Made by a program: the position numbers and the translations under genes. From positions 1 to 53,851 of the IMG/VR virus record IMGVR_UViG_3300022744_000036: 53,851 bases of DNA. The stretch is one strand, 5' to 3'. The number at the start of each line of letters is the position of its first letter. Position 1 is the stretch's first letter. This document shows positions 37,961 through 46,734 of this stretch, one piece after another. The DNA is from a virus. Lineage: Duplodnaviria; Caudoviricetes. The notes under the pieces are model-generated. The model saw only the letters and a list, made by a program, of their open reading frames with translations, made no database searches and was not told the origin of the DNA.

Positions 37961-38480
37961 CCATAGAACACGGGTGTTTTCGGGGGTGTGTTCTATGGCG
38001 AGATTTCACAATCCGGAAAATAGGGGTGTGCTGCATGTGATCTATGGGTGTTTTCGGGGTGTTTTTCTATCTATCTATCTATCTAATAAAGAACAATAGA
38101 ACACATAGAACACATAAAACACATCAAAAAAAAATCAATTTCGCGTAAACGTTTTGGAAATTACAGAACCTTACACCCCCTGACCCCTAGTAGGGGTGTG
38201 GTGTACTGCGATTTCCTTTATTGAGATTGATTTTTTTTACCTGTGTTTTATGTGCGTATTGTGTTTTAAAGCCCGTGCTTATTGTGTTTTATGGGAGCAC
38301 ACCTGTGCTCTATGGCGACACTCCCCTGTGCACCAAGTCCCCCATAGATCACTGTCCGCACAATAAAGCACAACGCGACACATCTAGCACAATAGATCAC
38401 TGTCCGCACGGTTGTGCTCGAATAAAACACAATACCGTACATATAGCACGCCTGTGCCCCAATGCATCACATAAAACACA
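37961..38480. repeat. AT-rich direct/inverted repeat array (origin or genome-end candidate)
   Basis: ATAGAACAC/ATAAAACAC units on both strands, (CTAT)4, an A run, and an 18-nt direct repeat at 38344/38392. Confidence 0.65.
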
Positions 38481-38644
38481 GGCGACCGAGCCCCCCCCGG
38501 CCCGCGACGCCCTCACTCCCTACAGCCCTGCCGGATGGTGCCTAAAAAATAGGCACCTGTGCCGCACGAACGTGTCGGCCTATCCGGGAGCGTTGTTAGC
38601 GCCCGCTAACTTTGCCCCATTCACTCACTAACTGGAGTCCTGCG

Positions 38645-38740
38645 ATGCCTGCCATCCTGCCTTCCCACGCGCGGTACCCGTACCGCATCCTGCGGGCTGT
38701 GTTCGCCCGCATCCTGCGGGCTGTGTACCGCTGGCTCTGA
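38645..38740 (+). CDS. 31-aa cationic amphipathic peptide
   Basis: GGAG RBS; MPAILPSHARYPYRILRAVFARILRAVYRWL. Confidence 0.45.
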   Translation: MPAILPSHARYPYRILRAVFARILRAVYRWL

Positions 38741-38783
38741 CCCGCCGCCACCCCATCAACCCCCTAACTGACTCACTCACACC

Positions 38784-40688
38784 ATGACGTTCTATCCTCC
38801 CCCCAACGCGGTGCCGGTGCGCGAGCGCACGCTGGCGTCCCATCCGGGACCGTCCTTCTGGTCGTACTCGGAGCATGGCGAGTACCTCTGCGTCGCGGTT
38901 GTCCCCCGCGAGGCGCAGACGGTTGTCGGCATCCCTGGCAGCCCCGCCGATTACTGGAAGCCGATCTACGCGGGCAACACCACCCACTACGCTGCTGCGT
39001 GCGCGGCTGCTGACGAGCACAGCGGCCTGCGCGGCCCCGGCGAACCCCGGCAGCTGGTCTACCTCAACATCTACGACCGCGACGGCCTGGGCGAATACAC
39101 CTACTACGACGCCGCCCGGACCGGGGCCCCGTCCATCCGCCTGGTGCGGGCGTGGGCTATAACCGCTCTCCGTTCGACCTTCCCGGGCGTCGGCCTCCGC
39201 GCACGGTTGCGCACGATCATCGAGGGTGGCGGCTTGGGCACTCCCCGCATCGGCCCGGTGCAATACCGCAACGTCATGGACGCCCGCAGCGCCATCGGCA
39301 CCTCGCTGTCCGACTGGATCAAGGAGTACCGGGACGCGGACGACAGCGAGGGCGCCAAGGAGGCCCTCCTGGAAACCCTGGTGTCCCTGGAAACCCAGCT
39401 CAACTGCCTCGACAAGGACCGAGACGAGATGAACGACCTGGCACGCACCGTGGCGAACAAGGTGGGCCTGCAGACCTGGGAGTGCCCGGTGTACTGTCAC
39501 TGCTGGCACTGGGAGATCAGCGACCGCACAACGTCGGTCGGGTCCCGGCCGGTCACCCGCTGGTGCTGGGACTGCGTGGGTAACCGGGCCGTGTGGGTCG
39601 AGGGGGAAGACCGCTACTACCCTGCCAGCGACGTGTACTTCTGGGACAGCGACGGCGAGTACCACCTGAACCCCGAGGAGGAGGAGGAGGAGGAGGAGGA
39701 GGAGGAGGAGGACAGCGACAACCCCGACCGCCTGCTGGACTACGGCGAAGACGCGCTGAGCCACCTCAGCATCGACAAGAGCGTGCACACGGCCCCCGAT
39801 GGCGACTTCCTGATGGGCATCGAGCTGGAGATGCAGCTGCCGGGAGAACCCAACCGCTACATTGAGGAGATGCGCGACAAGCTGCGTGGCCTGCACAGCA
39901 CGACGGCCGACCCGTGCAGCCACTACGCGGTGTTCAAGTACGACAGAAGTCTACCCACGTGTGGGGCCGAGATGGTCACCAGGCCCACCAGCCTGCTGCG
40001 CCATCATGCGGTCCTGCGCAAGTGGAGCGCCCCGAGCGGTACCTCGGCCTGGGACAACGGCCGGTGCGGTATGCATGTGCACATCGACAGCCGCGCGTTC
40101 ACGCCGCTGAGCCTGGGCAAGTTCGTGACGTTCATCAACCGCAGCGAGAACGCTGAGCTGATCCGCATGGTGGCGGGGCGTCACCCGGCGCAAGACCACC
40201 AGGCTGCGTCCTACTGCCAGGCCCTGGGGTACGAGTGCCTCACCACGCCAGCCAAGGCCAAGAACGGGGACACCGAGCGCCACCGCATGGTGAACCTGGA
40301 GAACCTCAAGCCCGGCGACTGCGAGCGGCTGCAAGTGAACCCAATGCGCTTCGGCGATGCCGGGACCGTGGAGCTGCGGATCTTCCGGGCGTCCCTCAAT
40401 AAGGAGCGCCTGCTGGCCCAGCTGGAGTTCACCCACGCCTCCGTGGTGTTCTGCCGCGACGCAAGCTGGAACGGGCTGACCGAGAAGGCGTTCGTCGACT
40501 GGCTCAAGCGCCCCGAGAACGCGCGCACCTACCCGGCCCTGGCCCTGTGGGTGGGGGCCCGCATCCGCCGGCCCCGCCGTGACATCCCCGCCCCGACACC
40601 CGAGCCCGCCACCGAGGAGAACACCAGCACGGCGCAGGCTTGGGCCGTGACGGCCACTGCAGACGACCGCTTCGCCCTCGCGGCTTGA
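38784..40688 (+). CDS. amidoligase (COOH-NH2 ligase, glutamine-synthetase fold)
   Basis: GIELEM, KYDRSL..GAEMVT, CGMHVHI and TVELRIF motifs. Confidence 0.85.
   Translation: MTFYPPPNAVPVRERTLASHPGPSFWSYSEHGEYLCVAVVPREAQTVVGIPGSPADYWKPIYAGNTTHYAAACAAADEHSGLRGPGEPRQLVYLNIYDRDGLGEYTYYDAARTGAPSIRLVRAWAITALRSTFPGVGLRARLRTIIEGGGLGTPRIGPVQYRNVMDARSAIGTSLSDWIKEYRDADDSEGAKEALLETLVSLETQLNCLDKDRDEMNDLARTVANKVGLQTWECPVYCHCWHWEISDRTTSVGSRPVTRWCWDCVGNRAVWVEGEDRYYPASDVYFWDSDGEYHLNPEEEEEEEEEEEEDSDNPDRLLDYGEDALSHLSIDKSVHTAPDGDFLMGIELEMQLPGEPNRYIEEMRDKLRGLHSTTADPCSHYAVFKYDRSLPTCGAEMVTRPTSLLRHHAVLRKWSAPSGTSAWDNGRCGMHVHIDSRAFTPLSLGKFVTFINRSENAELIRMVAGRHPAQDHQAASYCQALGYECLTTPAKAKNGDTERHRMVNLENLKPGDCERLQVNPMRFGDAGTVELRIFRASLNKERLLAQLEFTHASVVFCRDASWNGLTEKAFVDWLKRPENARTYPALALWVGARIRRPRRDIPAPTPEPATEENTSTAQAWAVTATADDRFALAA
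39675..39710 (+). repeat. (GAG)12 trinucleotide repeat encoding poly-Glu
   Basis: Directly visible. Confidence 0.95.
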
Positions 40689-40714
40689 CACAATAACGTG
40701 TTAGCCTGCAAACT
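40685..40714 (+). promoter_or_regulatory. -35 box plus operator upstream of the GATase
   Basis: TTGACA followed by ATAACGTGTTAG; weak -10 (CAAACT). Confidence 0.5.
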
Positions 40715-40744
40715 ACCATCAACTCACTCAATTAGGACAACATC

Positions 40745-41830
40745 ATGTGTCTGCTTTTCACTGGCCAATCCAACACCGTGCGTAGCACGTTCCTCACCAC
40801 TGCCGGCCTCATCGAGAGCATGTTTGACCAGAGCCCTGACGGCCTGGGCTTCATGTTCGCCGACGCCGGCCAGCTGGTGATCCACAAGGAGCTGCCGCAG
40901 TCGGTGGCCGACGTGCGCCGCATGTTCGAGGCCCTGCCTGACGACGACCGCCTGCTGGCCGGGCACGCCCGGATGCGCACCCACGGTGACATCAACCTGG
41001 ACAGCTGCCACCCCTACGTCATCTACGAGGGCCACGCCCTGATGCACAACGGCGTGCTGTCCACCGGCAACCGCAAGGACAAGACCAAGTCCGACACCTG
41101 GCACTTCATCGAGGACCACCTCAAACTGTGCAGCGCCGACTCCCTGCATGACAGGGGGGTGGCGGCCATGCTGGGCCGATGGATCGGCGGGAACCGCTTC
41201 GCCATCATGAGCGCCGACGGTCGCCTGACCGTGGTCAACGAGCACCAGGGCGTCGAGGCCGCCGGGGTGTGGTTCAGCAATACCTACGCCTGGGACCCCG
41301 CGCTCCTGATCCCCTCGTACAAGTCGTACACCAAGTACGGCGGCTACATGCTCGAAGACGAGGAGGATTCGGTCGGCCAGACGGCCCACGCCGGGGGCGC
41401 ATGGCGGACGGGCGCGCTGCGCAGCACTCATCAGGGCGGGCGGTTCGACGAGCTGGCGCTCGACGTGGCGCTGGAGCAGAACGAGCCCGATGAGCTGGCC
41501 GAGATCCTGTACCTGCACCCCCGCTCCGCTGTCGAGTACCTGCTGGACGTGTACGACTGGGAGCGGTACCGCACCATCAACAGCTCGGATCTGACCCGGC
41601 GCGACCGTGCCTGGACGGAGAAGATGATCCGTGGCCGCAAGGCCGACATCATCAACGGGCTGCGCTCCAACGTCAACGCGAGCACCAACCTCGCCGAGGC
41701 GCTGGTGTACTACATGGAGTGGACGCCGAAGAAGGCCGTCGCCTTCACGCCCGACACAGAGGCCGTCGAGTCCGACTGGGACGACGTGGGCAGCGAGTTC
41801 GACAAGCCCACCCTGAGCCTGGTGCGGTAA
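40745..41830 (+). CDS. class II (Ntn) glutamine amidotransferase
   Basis: Cys2, PDGLG, HARMRTHG, CHPY, HNG and SDT motifs. Confidence 0.9.
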   Translation: MCLLFTGQSNTVRSTFLTTAGLIESMFDQSPDGLGFMFADAGQLVIHKELPQSVADVRRMFEALPDDDRLLAGHARMRTHGDINLDSCHPYVIYEGHALMHNGVLSTGNRKDKTKSDTWHFIEDHLKLCSADSLHDRGVAAMLGRWIGGNRFAIMSADGRLTVVNEHQGVEAAGVWFSNTYAWDPALLIPSYKSYTKYGGYMLEDEEDSVGQTAHAGGAWRTGALRSTHQGGRFDELALDVALEQNEPDELAEILYLHPRSAVEYLLDVYDWERYRTINSSDLTRRDRAWTEKMIRGRKADIINGLRSNVNASTNLAEALVYYMEWTPKKAVAFTPDTEAVESDWDDVGSEFDKPTLSLVR

Positions 41831-41844
41831 CGGAGCCGGCGCAC

Positions 41845-42018
41845 ATGAACACCACATACCTGCGCCGGGTGCGGGCCCTGTTCGCCAACGACCTGACGCC
41901 GCGTCGCACGACGCGCCACAACATGCGAGCCTGGGTGCGGATGGTCCGCATCCTCGGAGACAACTGGCTGCTCTCGCAGGCCAACCAGCAGCGCCGCGTG
42001 ACACGCACCACCCGCTAA
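41845..42018 (+). CDS. small basic phage protein
   Basis: GGAG RBS; RHNMRAWVR...LGDNWLL. Confidence 0.6.
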   Translation: MNTTYLRRVRALFANDLTPRRTTRHNMRAWVRMVRILGDNWLLSQANQQRRVTRTTR

Positions 42019-42041
42019 CCCTTCACTGGACTTACTCAATC

Positions 42042-42503
42042 ATGACCGCGCCCAACACCACGATGGCCGTCGCCCTCACCTCCGCCGGGGTCAAACCCCT
42101 CCCCCTGGCCCGCCGTATCTGGACGATGGTCAAGGACCACCCGGGTGACACCGCCGACCAGATCGCAGCCCGGCTCTGCGTCAAGCCCCAGCGGGTTCGC
42201 ACGGCCCTGCACGACATGTGCGCCCGCAAGATGGTCACCGCGCGGCGCGAGCGCAACCGACACACCGGGCACCTGAAGGCCCACTGGAGTACCACCATGC
42301 AGGCGTTCGAGTGGCTGCCCCGGCCCAAGGCCGAGGTCGGGCCCACGCCGCTGCCCGCTTCGGTCACGGCCCCGCCGCCCGCCTCCCCCCGCACCCAGGA
42401 CAGCCCGCACACCACCGGCATCCCGGACGTCGACACCCTCACCATCGCCCAGGCCCGCGTCCTGTACGTGAAGCTCAAGGCGTTTTTCGGAGACCCGACG
42501 TGA
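42042..42503 (+). CDS. winged-HTH-like protein
   Basis: IW..VKDHPG.TADQIA..L; C-terminal LTIAQAR.LY.KL. Confidence 0.6.
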   Translation: MTAPNTTMAVALTSAGVKPLPLARRIWTMVKDHPGDTADQIAARLCVKPQRVRTALHDMCARKMVTARRERNRHTGHLKAHWSTTMQAFEWLPRPKAEVGPTPLPASVTAPPPASPRTQDSPHTTGIPDVDTLTIAQARVLYVKLKAFFGDPT

Positions 42504-42676
42504 TCGTCCCGACCAACCCCACCCGACAACCCACCCAGCGCGATCTGCTGCTGGCCATCCTGAACATGCTGGACTCGCAGGCCGAGCGCATCAAGCGCAC
42601 CGAGACGCGGGTGTGCAAGCTCGCAGCCCACATGGGCATCGACGTCAAGACCCCCACCCGAGGAGAGCCGTCGTGA
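42500..42676 (+). CDS. hypothetical protein
   Basis: GTGA coupling at both ends; RTETRVCKLA. Confidence 0.55.
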   Translation: MIVPTNPTRQPTQRDLLLAILNMLDSQAERIKRTETRVCKLAAHMGIDVKTPTRGEPS

Positions 42677-43155
42677 AAATCAAGACCAACGAACTGATTG
42701 GGCCCGCCCTTGACTGGGCGGTGGCGAAATGCGAGGGGTACAACCCCGGCGTCATCACCGTGGAGGAGATGGTACAGGAGCAGCTTGAGGCGGAGCGACA
42801 GCACGCTAACCGGGCGGACGTCCTGGAGTACCTGAACACGGTGTTCAGGGCGGCCTGTACGCCGAAGCTGTGTAACGTCGATCCGGACGGCTTCAAGGCT
42901 GTGTATGTGGTGCACTACGGCGGCAGGTCGTGGCCCCTTGCGTTCTCCACCGACTGGGCCCAGGGCGGACCGATCCTTGATCGGGAGCTGATCGATGTGT
43001 ATACCCAGTACCCGTGCTCAGGTCCCGTAGTCTGGTATGGGCGGCACAAAGGACGCATCAAAGGGGTGGGCCCCACCGCACTGATTGCAGCAATGCGTTG
43101 CTTCGTCTCATACAAACTCGGCGATGCAGTCGAGGTGCCGGAGGAGCTGCTGTGA
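42673..43155 (+). CDS. NinX/DUF2591-like protein
   Basis: LIGPALDWAVAKCEG, STDWAQGGPI and LIAAMRCFV motifs. Confidence 0.8.
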   Translation: MKIKTNELIGPALDWAVAKCEGYNPGVITVEEMVQEQLEAERQHANRADVLEYLNTVFRAACTPKLCNVDPDGFKAVYVVHYGGRSWPLAFSTDWAQGGPILDRELIDVYTQYPCSGPVVWYGRHKGRIKGVGPTALIAAMRCFVSYKLGDAVEVPEELL

Positions 43156-43304
43156 TCTCCATTCGCTGTCCCTCCTGCGGCGCTGGCGGTTGGTGCGTAA
43201 AGCACGACCAACACGGGCCGGTCTACTTGGGTCGGACCCATGTCCGACGCATCACGCTGCGGCACAAGATCGTCCGCGTTCTGCGTCAAGGGATGGTGAC
43301 ATGA
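43152..43304 (+). CDS. small CxxC protein
   Basis: GTGA/ATGA coupling; CPSCGA...C...H. Confidence 0.45.
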   Translation: MISIRCPSCGAGGWCVKHDQHGPVYLGRTHVRRITLRHKIVRVLRQGMVT

Positions 43305-43610
43305 GCAGTCTACCTGACCTACCTGAACACCTTCACGCTTTCTTCAACCGCGTGAACTCCATCGAGTTCATCGACGACCAGAAGTGCTTCAGTGACTCCG
43401 ACAGACTGCAGCCCGCGTACAGATGGCTGGCCGGCTACATCGGAGACTTCGAATACACGGCCCTCTGTTGGCGGGCGGGAGCTGTGCAAGCCGTTCATGG
43501 TGATCGACGGATTCTCGGCCGAGACGATCGCCGCTCTGAAGGCGGACCTGTGGCGCAGCTACGCCCGGGCCGTCGAGTTCAAACCGAAGGGCATGGAGGA
43601 GAAGGCATGA
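43301..43610 (+). pseudogene. hypothetical gene with an apparent frameshift near 43460
   Basis: Coding-like sequence switches frame after GDFEY. The second frame ends in an ATGA overlap with the next gene. Confidence 0.45.
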
Positions 43611-43930
43611 AACCCAGCCAAGCACTGCGTCAGGTCGCCGACGATCTGGAGGCCAGGCGCCCGACAGGAACCGTCACAGAGAAGGCTATCTGCGCTCGAC
43701 TCGACGAACTCGGCTGCCATCGCACGGCTACCGACCACATTGTGGATCTCCTCGGCGGGCACGGCTTTTACACCGGTTGGCTGCTTGAGCGCTACCCAAG
43801 GCTATACGAGGAGGCCCTGGAGTGGGCGGCGGCAAACCGGAGTTACATGCCCGATTGCCCCAAGATCATTGAGGCCCGGGTCAACTGGTGCCGAGACATG
43901 GCCGACTACTGGGAAGCCCGGGGCAAGTAG
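43607..43930 (+). CDS. hypothetical protein
   Basis: GGAGG RBS; MKPSQALR... Confidence 0.65.
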   Translation: MKPSQALRQVADDLEARRPTGTVTEKAICARLDELGCHRTATDHIVDLLGGHGFYTGWLLERYPRLYEEALEWAAANRSYMPDCPKIIEARVNWCRDMADYWEARGK

Positions 43931-43986
43931 CCCCTTCTCAGCCACCACCCTAACGGGTTAGACTCATTCACTCAAGGAGAATCAGC

Positions 43987-44400
43987 ATGGGCAACCGCGC
44001 TGTCATTACGGCGGGGACCACCCCCGCATCCCCCTGCATCTACCTCCACTGGAACGGCGGCTACGCCTCGGTGCTTGCGTTCCTCAAGGCCGCCAAGGAC
44101 CTGGGCATCCGGCGCATGCCGTGGAACAACGCGGGCCAGGCCCGGGCGTTCGATGCCATCGCTGCTGTGGTGGCCGGCCCGTTCTTCGGCTGCGACGTGG
44201 GGCGCACCGTGTACCGCGAGACCTACGGCGAGACCGACACCAACAACCACGACAACGGCGTCTATGTCATCGACGAGCGCCTCAACATCTGCGACCGCCT
44301 GTTCACCCGCCTCGGGCGGGAGGAAGTCGACCCGGCCAAGACCTCGGCTGTCTACGAGCAGATCATGGCCCGCGCCCCTGTGTTCAACGGAGAACTGTGA
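43987..44400 (+). CDS. conserved phage early protein
   Basis: AAGGAG RBS; MGNRAVIT, YLHWNGG and DNGVY motifs. Confidence 0.75.
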   Translation: MGNRAVITAGTTPASPCIYLHWNGGYASVLAFLKAAKDLGIRRMPWNNAGQARAFDAIAAVVAGPFFGCDVGRTVYRETYGETDTNNHDNGVYVIDERLNICDRLFTRLGREEVDPAKTSAVYEQIMARAPVFNGEL

Positions 44401-44528
44401 TGGACGAGGACAACGTGGTGTTCCACATGGACGAGGCATTCAAGTGGACCGAGCGTCTGCTGTGGGTGGTTTCGGCTTTCGCGCTGTGGCTCCTGGCCGA
44501 CGCGCTCATCTGGCTTCTGGAGAACTGA
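44400..44528 (+). CDS. small membrane protein
   Basis: MDEDNVVF...LLWVVSAFALWLL; TGATG coupling. Confidence 0.5.
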   Translation: MDEDNVVFHMDEAFKWTERLLWVVSAFALWLLADALIWLLEN

Positions 44529-44529
44529 C

Positions 44530-45252
44530 ATGCACAAGAAACCCCGACTGTGGACCCTGTCCGGCCTCAAGGCCAACTGCGAGGTCAGCGGCAACTGCTG
44601 GCTCTGGACCGGCGGCTGCGACTCCAAGGGCCGTCCGATTACCAAACATGGCGGCACGGTGCGCTACGTGCGCCGGCTGACCCGGGAGCTGGCCGATGGG
44701 AAGGCGCTGCCTCCGGGCGGCGAGGCGTGGTGCCGGTGCGGCAACCTCAAGTGCGTCTCCCCCGAGTGCAGCGAGGTGGTGTTCACGGGCGACGACGTGC
44801 GCGCCATGATCCAGGCCGGCCGCAGGGGGGACGCAGCACTCATCATTCACCGCACGCTCCGGGCCCTCAAGGAGTTCCGCTGGGGCGCCACGTCGAGCGA
44901 GGTGGTCGAGACCATCACCCAGCACCGCAAGAAGACGGTCGCCGCGCTCCGGTTCCTCGTAAACATCGGCGCGGCCTCGGTGGATAAGGTGCACTACCAC
45001 ATCACCCGCGCAGGTGAGCTGTTGCTCGCGCAGCACCCGAACGCCCTGCTCATCGACAAGGCCGTGGCAGACGCTGTGAGCCAGGCCGGCGAGGAGGAGA
45101 GCAGCGCCCCCGCAGTGGCGGCACCCCGCCACCTGGTCAACGGCGCCATGCGCGAGACCCTCACGGGATACAGCTCGCAGTGGGTGACCGCCCGCCCCGG
45201 TGCTGACCGGGCCTACAAGCTGCCCAGTCGCGGGATCGGAGGTGCGGCGTGA
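44530..45252 (+). CDS. degenerate HNH-like domain fused to a wHTH-like domain
   Basis: CWLWTG...CRCGN..CVSP scaffold lacking the catalytic His residues. Confidence 0.6.
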   Translation: MHKKPRLWTLSGLKANCEVSGNCWLWTGGCDSKGRPITKHGGTVRYVRRLTRELADGKALPPGGEAWCRCGNLKCVSPECSEVVFTGDDVRAMIQAGRRGDAALIIHRTLRALKEFRWGATSSEVVETITQHRKKTVAALRFLVNIGAASVDKVHYHITRAGELLLAQHPNALLIDKAVADAVSQAGEEESSAPAVAAPRHLVNGAMRETLTGYSSQWVTARPGADRAYKLPSRGIGGAA

Positions 45253-45512
45253 GCGCCGAATCGAAGCCGACCCAACCCGAAGCCCTGCGGCTGGCTGACA
45301 GGCTCGATGCCAACCCTGGCGACACACGAAAACAAGCCGCCGCCGAGCTGCGCCGCCAGCACCAAGCGCTCACCGAGATGCGGGAGGCGCTGACGATCCT
45401 GCTGCTGTTGAGCGATTCCGAACGGCTAGTGCCAAAAGCGGTCATGGACCGCGCACTTGCACTCGCCCGCGAACACGCCCGCGAGACCTTGGAAAAGTGG
45501 AAGGAGTGCTGA
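45249..45512 (+). CDS. hypothetical protein
   Basis: QPEALRLAD..AAAELRRQH motif common in phage accessory genes. Confidence 0.65.
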   Translation: MSAESKPTQPEALRLADRLDANPGDTRKQAAAELRRQHQALTEMREALTILLLLSDSERLVPKAVMDRALALAREHARETLEKWKEC

Positions 45513-45513
45513 C

Positions 45514-45720
45514 ATGGGGCAGGCAAAAGCACGTGGCACGTTCGAGGCCCGGCGCGTTGAGGCGATCGTGCGCAACAACCAAGTGGCCGAGCAGCGAGAG
45601 CGTGCTCGGATTGAGCGCGAAGCCCGCATGACTCCGCGGGAGCGGGCGCTGCGACAAGAGATGTCCATCCTGATCGCCGTTGCGGCGGGGATGGGAATCA
45701 ACCTGAAGGAGATCACATGA
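45514..45720 (+). CDS. hypothetical protein
   Basis: AAGGAG RBS; MGQAKARGT. Confidence 0.65.
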   Translation: MGQAKARGTFEARRVEAIVRNNQVAEQRERARIEREARMTPRERALRQEMSILIAVAAGMGINLKEIT

Positions 45721-45932
45721 CGGCACAGCAGAAAGAGGGACGGTCCGTCGCCATCCGACGCGACGACGGGTCCGAGTTTTTGTGCCACTCCGGGCTCGGA
45801 CATGAGCCGCCTGTCTGGCGCGTGAGCCACCGGAAGGGTGCGGTGGCGCACAAACGCGAGCTGATCGAGCATGGGTTCCGCGCCCGTGTTGTGCGGGTGC
45901 GGCACTCACCCGCTGTTGTTGTGGAGAAATGA
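45717..45932 (+). CDS. hypothetical protein
   Basis: ATGA coupling; AAGGAG RBS. Confidence 0.55.
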   Translation: MTAQQKEGRSVAIRRDDGSEFLCHSGLGHEPPVWRVSHRKGAVAHKRELIEHGFRARVVRVRHSPAVVVEK

Positions 45933-45933
45933 C

Positions 45934-46734
45934 ATGAACATCACCGACGAACAGATCATTGCACTGGCTCAGGAAGCGGGGCTACCGCCCGGCCCGGACG
46001 GGTCGATTGCCGCGCACAAGCATTTCGCGCGCGCCGTCCTGGCGCTGGCCGCTCCGGTGTACTGCACTGACAAAATGTGCGCCTGCCGTGGCGGCCCCTG
46101 CGTAACCTGTCCCGATGGGGCGCGGGAAAAAGAGTTGGCCGAACTTCGTGACAGCCTCGCGTTTTACAAGCGCCGCGCCGAGGGGCTCCAACAGGCGCAG
46201 AAGCGGATGCGTGACCCGGAGCGCACGATGGTCTGCGACATTCTCGCCAATGGTGGATTGCTTACGCCAGAAGGCGAGCGTTACACTGCCCCCGCTCCGG
46301 TGGCGCAAGAGTACGACCGGCCCGCCGCCATGGATGCATTCGAGGCGTGGGCCGACGCGACGGCGCCAGATTCCAAGAGCACGAGCCTAGAGAAGGCGCA
46401 GCTTGCGCACGAAGCGGCGCGGTTGATGGGGGTCGGCCCCGCCCCGGTGGCGCAGGGTGAGCACCGGCTCCCGCAAGACATGCGCGATGCGTTCAGCCGC
46501 ATCGAGGACGAGGTTGCCGCCGGGAAGATCGATGCGATGGCAACGCTCGCCCGGATGCGCACCGCTGCGCAGGCGTTTGCGCTTGCTCCGGTGGAGCGGC
46601 CGCTGACGGACTCACAATTTTGGCAGATGCGCGAATCCCAAGGATGGTACCCGGGCGACCACTATCGCATACGAGAACTAAGTCGTGCCATCGAGCGCGC
46701 CCACGGAATCGGCGAGGAAGGCGGTGCAGCATGA
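45934..46734 (+). CDS. mosaic accessory protein
   Basis: Modules separated by APVAQ linkers; ends RAIERAHGIG. Confidence 0.65.
   Translation: MNITDEQIIALAQEAGLPPGPDGSIAAHKHFARAVLALAAPVYCTDKMCACRGGPCVTCPDGAREKELAELRDSLAFYKRRAEGLQQAQKRMRDPERTMVCDILANGGLLTPEGERYTAPAPVAQEYDRPAAMDAFEAWADATAPDSKSTSLEKAQLAHEAARLMGVGPAPVAQGEHRLPQDMRDAFSRIEDEVAAGKIDAMATLARMRTAAQAFALAPVERPLTDSQFWQMRESQGWYPGDHYRIRELSRAIERAHGIGEEGGAA

Noticed and set aside
37961-38480. CRISPR-like array
   Set aside because: Repeats are short, irregularly spaced and in both orientations; no unique spacers of constant length.
37887-38631. ORFs 37887-38099 and 38221-38631
   Set aside because: They run through the AT-rich repeat array; atypical codons and no RBS.
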